From Dehalococcoidia bacterium (GTDB taxonomy: Bacteria; Chloroflexota; Dehalococcoidia; Lucifugimonadales; CATOSD01): 64,000 nt of DNA. Positions 56,224 through 64,000 of the stretch are shown here, one piece after another. Position numbers and translations under genes: made by a program. Positions within the stretch are counted from its first letter, which is position 1. Each line of letters starts with the position of its first letter. The notes beneath the pieces are model-generated. The model saw only the letters and a program-made list of their open reading frames with translations. It ran no database searches and was not told the DNA's origin. The stretch covers positions 19,544 to 83,543 of the forward strand of contig CBDCIS010000009.1 of assembly GCA_965217565.1 (NCBI GenBank), given 5' to 3'.

Positions 56224-57306
56224 CTATCTTGCGCTCTCCCGCTTGTGGGACCCGGTTATGATACGGGCGCGGCCATTCTGAAGAACTACGTTGTCCTCGA
56301 TTCGCACGCCGCCCCAACCGGACAGGTAGATGCCCGGCTCTATGGTGAACACCATGCCATCTTCCAACACCTGTTCGGAGATCGCGCTCAGGCGAGGCTC
56401 CTCGTGCACTACCAGCCCTATGCCATGGCCCAGGCTGTGGCCGAAGGCCTCTCCATAGCCTGCCTCGGTTATGATGTCTCGAGCGATTGCGTCCACCTCT
56501 TTGCCCGTCATTCCCGCCCTGACCCTGTCCTCTGCCTCCAGCTGAGCGCGGAGCACCGTGTCATAGACCCTGCGGAAGGTCTCGTCGGCCTCGCCAACCA
56601 CGATGGTGCGGGTCATGTCGCCGGTGTAGCCCTCATAGACCGCGCCCATGTCGATGACTATGGCGTCGCCGTTCTGAACGACCGTATCGTCCGCGCGATG
56701 ATGCGGAAGCGCGCCATTCGGGCCGGCCGCGACGATGATGTCGTAGCCCAACTTCTCCGCGCCTCGCTCGCGCATGGCCTTCTCGAGCTCCCAGGCTATC
56801 TCCTTTTCGGTGACGCCGGGTTCGATCGTGGGAGCGACCATCTCGAACGCCTCGTCGCCAATCCGAATGGCGCGGGTGAGCAGCTCGAGCTCGTCAGCGT
56901 CCTTGATGGCCCTCAGCCCTTCGACGATCCCGCTAGTGGAGACCAGCTCAGGCTCTTCGGAGCCTTCCGCCTCTTCTATTGCCTTCAGAAAGGCCGCGTT
57001 GGTAGCGCAGGTCATCTCGCTGGCCTCGAATCCCACTCGCCGGACGCCGAGCTCCGAGGTCAGTTCCGGCAACCAACCGAGTCCGATGTTCGTCCTGTGT
57101 ACCCTGAAGTCAGGCGATTGCCTTCCCGCCTGCTCCACGTATCGGAAGTCCGTGGCGAGCACAGCGTCGTTCTGCGAGACCAGCAGATAGCCCGCCGAGC
57201 CGCTAAAGCCGGACATGTACCGCCTGTTCTCCGGCGTCGAAATCAGTATCGCGTCTAGCTCCTTTTCCTGGAGCGCGCCGCGCAGCTTCCCAAGTCGGCT
57301 GTTCAT
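56224..57306 (-). CDS. M24-family Xaa-Pro aminopeptidase/dipeptidase
   Basis: Creatinase-like N domain plus pita-bread fold with HSLGHGIGLVVHE and FTIEPG. Confidence 0.85.
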   Translation of the reverse strand: MNSRLGKLRGALQEKELDAILISTPENRRYMSGFSGSAGYLLVSQNDAVLATDFRYVEQAGRQSPDFRVHRTNIGLGWLPELTSELGVRRVGFEASEMTCATNAAFLKAIEEAEGSEEPELVSTSGIVEGLRAIKDADELELLTRAIRIGDEAFEMVAPTIEPGVTEKEIAWELEKAMRERGAEKLGYDIIVAAGPNGALPHHRADDTVVQNGDAIVIDMGAVYEGYTGDMTRTIVVGEADETFRRVYDTVLRAQLEAEDRVRAGMTGKEVDAIARDIITEAGYGEAFGHSLGHGIGLVVHEEPRLSAISEQVLEDGMVFTIEPGIYLSGWGGVRIEDNVVLQNGRARIITGSHKRESAR

Positions 57307-57313
57307 CGTTGAC

Positions 57314-57754
57314 TTACCTTCCCTGTTTGATCTGATTTGCGAGAAACTCCAACGCGAAGAGGTATCCCCGCCAGCCCAGCCCCACCACCTGGCCGACGGC
57401 GATGGGCGCGATGACCGAGTGATGCCTGAACTCCTCTCGGGCGTGTATGTTGGAGAGATGCACTTCCACTATGGGCAGCCGCGAGTCCGTCAGCGTGTCC
57501 CGCAGGGACAGCCCGTAGTGGGTGAGCGCGCCCGCGTTGATGACCACCCCCGCCGCGTCGGGCGCGTTGGCTTGCAAGTAGTCGATAAGCGCTCCCTCGT
57601 GATTGGACTGGAAGAAGTCAACGTCCACGTCGCAATCGAGCGCCTTCTCCTGAATCGCCTCGACGATGCCGTCGAGAGTCTTGACGCCGTAGTAGGAAGG
57701 CTCACGCGAACCCAGCATGTTGAGGTTAGGGCCGTTGACGACGAGAATCTTCAT
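57314..57754 (-). CDS. aroQ: type II 3-dehydroquinate dehydratase
   Basis: MKILVVNGPNLNMLGSREP; real start is ATG 57754 (the ORF track starts at 57865). Confidence 0.85.
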   Translation of the reverse strand: MKILVVNGPNLNMLGSREPSYYGVKTLDGIVEAIQEKALDCDVDVDFFQSNHEGALIDYLQANAPDAAGVVINAGALTHYGLSLRDTLTDSRLPIVEVHLSNIHAREEFRHHSVIAPIAVGQVVGLGWRGYLFALEFLANQIKQGR

Positions 57755-57767
57755 ACTCTGACGCGCT

Positions 57768-59213
57768 TCAGGACGCCCGGGCCTGCTCCGCGAGCGTGTC
57801 CAGGGCCGCGATTTCCGGCGAGTCGGCGTCGGCGCGCCCCCATCGCGACCTGACCTCGTTGACACCCGCGAGCGCGGCCTCGGCCTGGCCCGTGTTCGCC
57901 TGCGTGTCGCTCAGCCAAAGGGTGTCGCGCACGGAGGTGCGCTGGCTCAGGCGCGTCCGCAGCATGTCCTCGGCCTTGTCATACTGCTCCGACCTCATGT
58001 AGGCCGCCAGCAGCGTGTCCTCGAACACCTCTCTCTGCGCGTGGCTGCCGCCGAGCCGCACGAACTGGCTGTGGATAGGCGCCAGCAGCCGCGCCGTCTT
58101 CGCGTAGTCCCCCTGGGCGAACGCGCGAATGCCCTTGACCAGCGGCAGCGTAACGTCGGACGCGAGCGCGTTTCCATCGGCTCCCGCTTCCCTGATCCCA
58201 CCTATCATGCGCTCCAAGGCGTCATCGTCTCCGCTGGCGACGCAGGCAAACGCGGCGTGGGCAACTCCGAATCCCGGCCCCTTGCCGGTCAGGCTGGGTT
58301 CTATCTGCTCTCGAACCTCCTGCCAGGGCATTGGCGGTGGGCTGCCGCCGTAGAGCTGCATCCGCCACATCAGTGAGCAGCTGTCCGCGATGGAGATGGG
58401 ACTCTTCGCTACCACGGAGGGACGAATGGCATCCCCGTAAAGCCCAAGCGCGCGCTCGTAGCGCCCTTGGGCCAACTCGAAGAGCGCCTCATGCCAGGAG
58501 AGGTGCACGAAGAAGGGCGCGCGGCTGTCGTAGCTCTCTATCCAGTTGCCCAGGAAGTCCTGTCCCGTGGCGTGGTCGCCGCGCTCGAAGAAGACGTGCG
58601 CGACGGAGTGGGAGGCGTTGGCGTTGTCCGCGCGCTGCTCCAGGGAACGCTCCGCTATCCGAAGGGCGTCGTCCAGCAGGCCGGATTCGTGATGCGCGAA
58701 GGCGTAGCTTCCAAGGAAGCCCCACTCATCGCAATACTCTGGCTCCACGCTCTTGAGCAGGGCGAGCAACTCCGGCGGGAAGTTCGGCACGCCGGCCGCG
58801 CCGCACCCCTGGACCAACAGGCGGTGCGCAAGTTGCAGCGCCATAGCGTCCCGCGGGAACTCCTGCAGGTGCTCTCGAACCCGCGCGTACGCCTTCGGTC
58901 CCTCGCCGCCCACGTACAGTGCGACAGACTCCGCATAGCCCTGCACGCGGCGGGAAGCCGACAACGCGAGCGAACGGGCGCGCTCTGCGGCCGCCCTGGC
59001 CTCCGCTGCCTGGCCCCTGTACAGCAGCATCACGGCCTTCGAAGCGTAGGCGACGGCGAACCCCTCGTCCGCCTCGATAGCCTTGTCAAACGCCTGCTCT
59101 GAACCGTAGTTCCGGGAGAGCATCAGGTCAACGCCCTCGACGTAGCACTCTGCCGCAACGGTCGAAGTCGTACACATATCCATTCCAAAGCGGTCTTCTA
59201 TTCCTTGCTGCAT
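57768..59213 (-). CDS. tetratricopeptide-repeat protein
   Basis: 481 aa, helical repeat pattern throughout. Confidence 0.6.
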   Translation of the reverse strand: MQQGIEDRFGMDMCTTSTVAAECYVEGVDLMLSRNYGSEQAFDKAIEADEGFAVAYASKAVMLLYRGQAAEARAAAERARSLALSASRRVQGYAESVALYVGGEGPKAYARVREHLQEFPRDAMALQLAHRLLVQGCGAAGVPNFPPELLALLKSVEPEYCDEWGFLGSYAFAHHESGLLDDALRIAERSLEQRADNANASHSVAHVFFERGDHATGQDFLGNWIESYDSRAPFFVHLSWHEALFELAQGRYERALGLYGDAIRPSVVAKSPISIADSCSLMWRMQLYGGSPPPMPWQEVREQIEPSLTGKGPGFGVAHAAFACVASGDDDALERMIGGIREAGADGNALASDVTLPLVKGIRAFAQGDYAKTARLLAPIHSQFVRLGGSHAQREVFEDTLLAAYMRSEQYDKAEDMLRTRLSQRTSVRDTLWLSDTQANTGQAEAALAGVNEVRSRWGRADADSPEIAALDTLAEQARAS

Positions 59214-59422
59214 ATTCTACACCTCGATTGTGTCTGTTAGCGTTGCCAAAGAGTGGCCGTCCTGCCTGGTGAGAACTTCAGCCCGTGAACGTTCACAGCC
59301 ATATAGTACACAATAATGCGCCGAGAGTCAGCATTTTGGGAAGGGATTCGGCGAGATGGGACGAAGCAGAGCGGGGGCGTTTGTCAGAGTCAGGATGCTG
59401 TATTCTGCAAGGAGGACAGCGC

Positions 59423-60346
59423 CTACCGGGATTCCGGTGTTGCCGTCGACCGCGGGTGAGACGCGAGGTACACCCTTCTCGCCTCCGCGCCGGTGACGTG
59501 GGTGTAAATCTGGGTGGTTGCCGGGGTCGAGTGTCCCAGCAGTTCCTGCACCACTCGCAGGTCCGCGCCGCCCTCGAGCATGTGGGTGGCGAACGAATGG
59601 CGCAGCGTGTGCGGATGCACCCAGGAGCCGAGACCTGCCTGGGAGGCATACCTCCGCACCTTTTCCTGGATGCTGCGCTGGCTGAGCCTAGCGCCGAATC
59701 GGTTCAGGAACAGCGCGCCGTCGCTGCCTTCGTTCACAAGGCCAGGGCGGGCTTCCTGCAGGTAGAGGGATAGCGCGTCCCTCGCCACCTCGCCAATGAG
59801 GACGACGCGCTCTTTTGAGCCTTTGCCCACCACGCGAAGCTCCCTGGTTTGCAGGTTGAGCTGATCAACGTCCAGGTCGCGCGCCTCGCTCACCCGCAGA
59901 CCCGCGCCGTAGATAAGCTCCATCAGCGCGCGGTCGCGCAGCTTGTTCAGGTCCGAGGTCTCCGGCGCCTGTACCAGCCTGGCGGCCTCATCCTGTGACA
60001 GGAAGCGAGGCAATCGGGAATCCAGCTTCATCACGCCGCGCCGCGGCAGCGGGTCCGCGTCGATGAGCTTGTGCCTCACCAGCCACTTCAGAAAACTCCT
60101 GAGCGTGCTGGCCTTCCTGGCGACGCTGCGCCTGACGTACCCCAATTCGATCAACCATGCCAGGTAGCCGCGAAGCGCGGCCTTGTCCAGCGCCTTCAGG
60201 CTGGGGAGGTTCTTGCGCTGCATGTAGTCGTACAGCGGCTCCAGGTCGGTCTTGTAGTTGCGCACAGTGAGGGCCGCGAGGCCCCGCTCAACCTTGAGAT
60301 GCTCCTCGAACCGCTCCATAAGCGCACGCCACTCATGCTCTTCCAT
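59423..60346 (-). CDS. tyrosine recombinase XerC/XerD family
   Basis: HTLRHSFATHMLEGGADLRVVQELLGHSTPATTQIYTHV catalytic region. Confidence 0.85.
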   Translation of the reverse strand: MEEHEWRALMERFEEHLKVERGLAALTVRNYKTDLEPLYDYMQRKNLPSLKALDKAALRGYLAWLIELGYVRRSVARKASTLRSFLKWLVRHKLIDADPLPRRGVMKLDSRLPRFLSQDEAARLVQAPETSDLNKLRDRALMELIYGAGLRVSEARDLDVDQLNLQTRELRVVGKGSKERVVLIGEVARDALSLYLQEARPGLVNEGSDGALFLNRFGARLSQRSIQEKVRRYASQAGLGSWVHPHTLRHSFATHMLEGGADLRVVQELLGHSTPATTQIYTHVTGAEARRVYLASHPRSTATPESR

Positions 60347-60514
60347 GCCTGACAGCCTAACGAGTTTGGGGAGAGATGCTCTAGCGAAAGAAGGAGCGGT
60401 TTGGGGGCTTTTGAGAGGTTGCGGCGCGGAGATGACGGTAGTATCTTTGCGCTGTCGGAAAAGTCGCCATCACACCAACGGCTGCAATCACGATCAACAT
60501 AGGAGAATCGAACT

Positions 60515-61117
60515 ATGCAAGAAACCAAAGACGACGACGGCGAAAAACGACCTGAAGAAGGCAGGGAGGAAAAAGCTGAGGATAGCGGCGAAGACCAAGC
60601 CGGGGAAGACAGCCGACGACGTAGATTCGGCTGGGCACCCGATAGTGTACCCGACCGGATGCGCAAATGGGTAGAAGAGCGACTTGAAGAGGTATCCGAA
60701 GAGGTCTTTGAAAGAGTAACCAAAACCGTCGACGTCTTGACGGGGGAGGACATTCGCAGGTTCAATGAGTTCGTCGATGCGACGACGACTGTAGTCGTCG
60801 GCCTGCACCGCGACCAGGAGGAGCTGAGTGCGAGATTGTCCAGCGAGGCTAACGCTGTCGGCGAGTTGAGCAAAAGTTCATCCACCGTCCAGCAGGCCAT
60901 CGCCGAGTTGCGTGAGGCCCACACCAAGCTGGCAGACGGATTGAGGGGCGCGGAGGGTGCAATCGCGCTCTTGCAAAAAGTTCTGGCGGACATGAACAAG
61001 AGTGCGGATGACGCGGAAAGGTCGGCTGCCATTGGGCGGCGTTGGCTCATAGGTGTTGGCGGGATGTCTGGCGTTGCGCTGGTTACAAGCGTAGTTGCCA
61101 TTGTGGGAGGTCTCTGA
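60515..61117 (+). CDS. hypothetical protein: acidic disordered N terminus, coiled coil, C-terminal TM anchor
   Basis: 200 aa; stop TGA overlaps the next start (TGATGA). Confidence 0.5.
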   Translation: MQETKDDDGEKRPEEGREEKAEDSGEDQAGEDSRRRRFGWAPDSVPDRMRKWVEERLEEVSEEVFERVTKTVDVLTGEDIRRFNEFVDATTTVVVGLHRDQEELSARLSSEANAVGELSKSSSTVQQAIAELREAHTKLADGLRGAEGAIALLQKVLADMNKSADDAERSAAIGRRWLIGVGGMSGVALVTSVVAIVGGL

Positions 61118-62070
61118 TGACACACCACGAGGACTTAACCACTCTGGCCGATTCGTATCCGCCAGGCGCACGGGATTCTCTGCTTGCGCTTGCGCAAGCG
61201 TATCGCGAGGGGGAAGAACGCGCGCTTTTGGACCTGGCCGGAACCGCCGCCGAAGTTTCGGCCGAGAACAGGTTGAGCAACATACTGGAGCCGGATGCGA
61301 ATCCTAGGCTCCTCGAAGCGTTTGAACTCCAGTTCCCGAACGTCTCACCGGAGTCTCTTCGTGGAATGTCCGAGGACGATCTGGAGGGTTACGTCAGTGG
61401 CCTAAAGGGCAAATTCTTCGAGGTGCTGGTCAGGGACAGACTGAATGACGGAGAAAGCGTCGGGGAAATCACGCTGCAGGCAAGGCAGCGTGCCTTGCTT
61501 GCCGATTCTCCAACGCAACCTGGATGGGACCTTAAAATCGTGGATCAGGGCGGGGAAACGGTCGAGGCTCTCCAGCTCAAGGCGACCGAGAACATTTACT
61601 ACATCAAAGAGCATCTCGAGAGGTATCCGGACATCAGGGTCGTCACGCCGAAGGAGATCGACGGCCTCCCCGAGGAAATTCTCCAAACGAATATTTTGCA
61701 CGATGAGCTAGCAGAGGGCGCTCGGGAGCACCTCGAGGAACTGGGCGAGTCCGGCTGGGAGAACTTGGTCGAAACGGGCGCCGCCAGTGCGCTGGACTTC
61801 CTCCCGGTGTTGTCGGTGGTCGTGGTTCTGGCAACCGAAGGTCACGCGATGCTAATGGGGCGCACGACACTTGAGCAGACACTGCGACGGGGTGGACAGA
61901 GGCTTGCGATGGCAGGGGCTTACAGCGTGGTCGTAAGCGTAGCAGGCCACGCCGCACCGTTAGTGTTGCCGCTGAGGTTCGTTGAAGGAAGGATCACGGC
62001 TCGGGTCACCCTCAGCAGACTGTTGGAATCGAAAATTGAGGAGCTAAAATTGATCGCGGAGAGGGCGTAG
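61117..62070 (+). CDS. hypothetical protein with possible Mrr-like PD-(D/E)xK core and two C-terminal TM helices
   Basis: GGGAGG upstream of ATG 61117. FFEVLVRDRL ... GWDLKIVD ... VEALQLKAT pattern, then hydrophobic segments. Confidence 0.45.
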   Translation: MTHHEDLTTLADSYPPGARDSLLALAQAYREGEERALLDLAGTAAEVSAENRLSNILEPDANPRLLEAFELQFPNVSPESLRGMSEDDLEGYVSGLKGKFFEVLVRDRLNDGESVGEITLQARQRALLADSPTQPGWDLKIVDQGGETVEALQLKATENIYYIKEHLERYPDIRVVTPKEIDGLPEEILQTNILHDELAEGAREHLEELGESGWENLVETGAASALDFLPVLSVVVVLATEGHAMLMGRTTLEQTLRRGGQRLAMAGAYSVVVSVAGHAAPLVLPLRFVEGRITARVTLSRLLESKIEELKLIAERA

Positions 62071-62091
62071 GGAAAGACTCCTCGGAACAAC

Positions 62092-63498
62092 TCATCTGGC
62101 GACCGACTCCAAGAATTCCCTGGTCATTTCCACACGTTCATCGGCGGCAAGCCAAAGCTCTTCTGCGAATGTCCAATTGCCTCTACTATTTACCTTTGGG
62201 TCATGAAAGAGCCAAACCGCAACTCCCTCTTGCTTAGCCACCTCGATAGCTGGAAGGAAGTCGCTGTCGCCTGCAACAAGAGCTACATGAGTGACCTGGT
62301 TCTTCCCACTCAGAATCGCAAAGTCAAGTCCAAGCATTAGGTCAGTGCGCTTCTGCTGGAAAATTGGTTTGCCTAGGGCCTGTTCACACTAACGCAACGC
62401 ATCGAAGATGAGCGCAAACAGGATGAACCCAAGGAAGAGAGCGTCCAGCTTCTCAAAGCGAGAGAAGATGCGCCGAAAGCCCTTCAACCGTCGAAACAAC
62501 CGCTCGATTTCGTTCCGACGCTTGTACATCTCCCGGTCGTACTGCCAAGGGTCAACCCTCGTGCTCAGGGGCGGAACTATCGGGGTGAACCCCAGGGCCA
62601 ACGCCAGTTGGCGGGTCTCATTCCCCTCGTATGCCCGGTCCATTAACAGGAACGGGTTCTGGTCCTGTGTTCCGAGGCGCTTTAGCAGCTTTCGCCCCTC
62701 CGGCGCATCGTGGGCCTGTCCGGGAGAAAGGGAGAACGTCACGGCTGTTCTAGCATCCGCGGCAACCATATGAATCTTGGTGGTCCAGCCGCCACGGGAC
62801 TTGCCGATGGACTGGGGTCCGTTTTTTTTAACGCACCGGTTCCATCGGGATGGACCTTGACTATGGTACTGTCCATGGAAACCGCTTCTATCTTGATACG
62901 CACTATGTGCTCTCGTTGAAGATACTCGAAAACCCGGTCGAGCACACCGTTCTTGGACCACCGGTTCATCCGGGTGTAGACGGTGTGCCAGTTGCCAAAT
63001 CGAGGCGGCAATCCCCGCCATTTGCAGCCTTGCTCGGCGACATAGAGGATAGCGTTGAGTACTTGCAGGTTCGACAGGCTGACGTTGCCACGCTGAACGG
63101 GAAGGATCGGCGCAATTCGTTGGTACTGAACTTCGGTGATTTCCATTCTCGGATTGTAACATAATTTGGCTATTAGTGTGAACAGACCCTAGTCTATCGT
63201 GCCCCCTGAAGGCTAGCCGCCCTTCCCGCACCGTGAAACGGTCGCGCATTTGCAAAGCATCCAAGAAACGGCGTGAATTGGCAAAGCGCCTCTTTTCGTC
63301 ATCGGTGGGCGGGTTACTTTGATATGGCAGGCAGTGATAACAGTAGCTCCGCAACAAATCAAGCGGAGTCGGTGTCTTGTTCGCAACAGTAGCTAGAACT
63401 TCGTGGGCGAAACGAGAATAATCAACTCGAATCCCAAAGTCGTCGCGCGCTATAGCGTCGATGTACCCACCGTCAATATAGATAGCCAAACGTGCCAC
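62092..63498 (-). pseudogene. NYN/LabA-like (DUF88) gene interrupted by IS5-B copy 2
   Basis: N part (63498-63193) starts MARLAIYIDGGYID. C part (62376-62092) reads ...QQKRTDLMLGLDFAIL...LVAGDSDFLPAIE. Removing 816 nt restores one 196-codon frame. Confidence 0.8.
62377..63188 (-). mobile_element. IS5-B, copy 2, 812 bp
   Basis: Same ends as copy 1, CTAG at 62373-62376 and 63189-63192. A8 tract (T8 at 62822-62829) places orfB in the canonical -1 frame. Confidence 0.85.
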
Positions 63499-63525
63499 GA
63501 TAATCCTTCTTCATGGGCAAAAATA

Positions 63526-63553
63526 GAGCCGAAGAAGAATCCTTCTTCGGCTC
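63526..63553 (-). terminator. intrinsic terminator downstream of the topoisomerase gene
   Basis: 12-bp stem GAGCCGAAGAAG / loop AATC / CTTCTTCGGCTC; on the minus strand it is followed by TATTTTTGCC. Confidence 0.6.
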
Positions 63554-63767
63554 ATGTGCGAGTATCACACACCTGACATGCCATCTCGTATGTTAGCTCC
63601 GTCTTTTGTCGGCGCAACGCCTACGGTTGGAGAACGGCTTCACAAGTGGGACGCCAGGGGACATTCCATATGCAATGAAAACATGAGTGGGCTGACTTGT
63701 CAACCCCTAATTTTCTATTACAAGTCGGGAAAGTTCGGCCAAAGCCTCTGTGCCAGTGCTCTTCCCC

Positions 63768-64000
63768 CTACACGCCCACCTCCAGCGGCTCGCTTTCGGG
63801 GATTGGGCCTTTGAAGCCGCACGCTGGGCAGCGGGCGTTCGCGCGGCCCGACGCGAGCAGCAGCTTGCTGCACTCCGGGCACGGCTGTGGCAGCGGGCGT
63901 TGGTTCACCGCGAAGTCGCAGGCCGGGTAGTTCGAACAGCCGTAGAAGCGGCGGCCTCCGCGTCCCTTCTGCTTGCGCTCCACCAGGTCGCTGCCGCACT
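63768..64000 (-). CDS. topA: DNA topoisomerase I, C-terminal zinc-ribbon region (partial, continues beyond the window)
   Basis: GRRFYGCSNYPACDF and CPEC...CPAC zinc-ribbon motifs; frame open to the window edge. Confidence 0.55.
   Translation of the reverse strand, partial: CGSDLVERKQKGRGGRRFYGCSNYPACDFAVNQRPLPQPCPECSKLLLASGRANARCPACGFKGPIPESEPLEVGV

Noticed and set aside
59285-59296. Perfect 12-nt palindrome GTGAACGTTCAC (and the 6-1-6 palindrome at 51925-51937) as operators
   Set aside because: Roughly 15 six-bp-arm palindromes are expected by chance in 64 kb. The second is retained only as context for the repeat array upstream of the VOC gene.
62389-63498. 369-aa track ORF, and the 197-aa ORF at 29059-29652, as genuine genes
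   Set aside because: Both are chimeras that read from a disrupted host gene into an inserted IS.

Overview
GC-rich bacterial chromosomal window. I cannot assign taxonomy or compute GC from the sequence alone. About two thirds is ordinary core or catabolic content. On the + strand near the start: tandem SDRs, an orphan xanthine-dehydrogenase-family Mo subunit, MBL hydrolases, Nudix hydrolases and an epimerase. A minus-strand operon runs coaE, CbbQ/NorQ-like AAA+, CoA-pyrophosphatase-like Nudix, then a 1094-aa VWA protein. Further genes are selA, rarA, a DUF35/thiolase pair, fumC, a CCA-adding-type enzyme, and a long minus-strand run xerC-TPR-aroQ-peptidase-efp-xseAB-phosphatase-PTE. The window ends inside a topoisomerase I zinc-ribbon tail. 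No rRNA, tRNA or CRISPR array was found. The unusual part is an accessory/defence island at about 25.4-39.25 kb that is saturated with mobile DNA. (1) A PARIS-like pair (ABC ATPase + DUF4435-like protein) has its ATPase gene cut into four pieces by three separate insertions. The gene can be rebuilt in frame by hand. (2) One of those insertions is a 5.8-kb IS3-flanked composite unit with a GTT target duplication. Its cargo is an intact ABC-ATPase + DUF4276-like module, a solitary HigA-type antitoxin and a serine-recombinase stub. (3) Also present are two different IS630-family elements and three copies of a ~120-bp MITE whose ends resemble one of those IS630 elements. Two IS5-family elements are each present twice in the window. 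Elsewhere: a type II R-M pair whose endonuclease carries an in-frame amber codon, an IS-disrupted NYN gene that rebuilds exactly, two VapBC-like pairs, two REP-like repeat families, and several small uncharacterised two-gene modules. All family assignments rest on motifs read by eye. No database search was possible.
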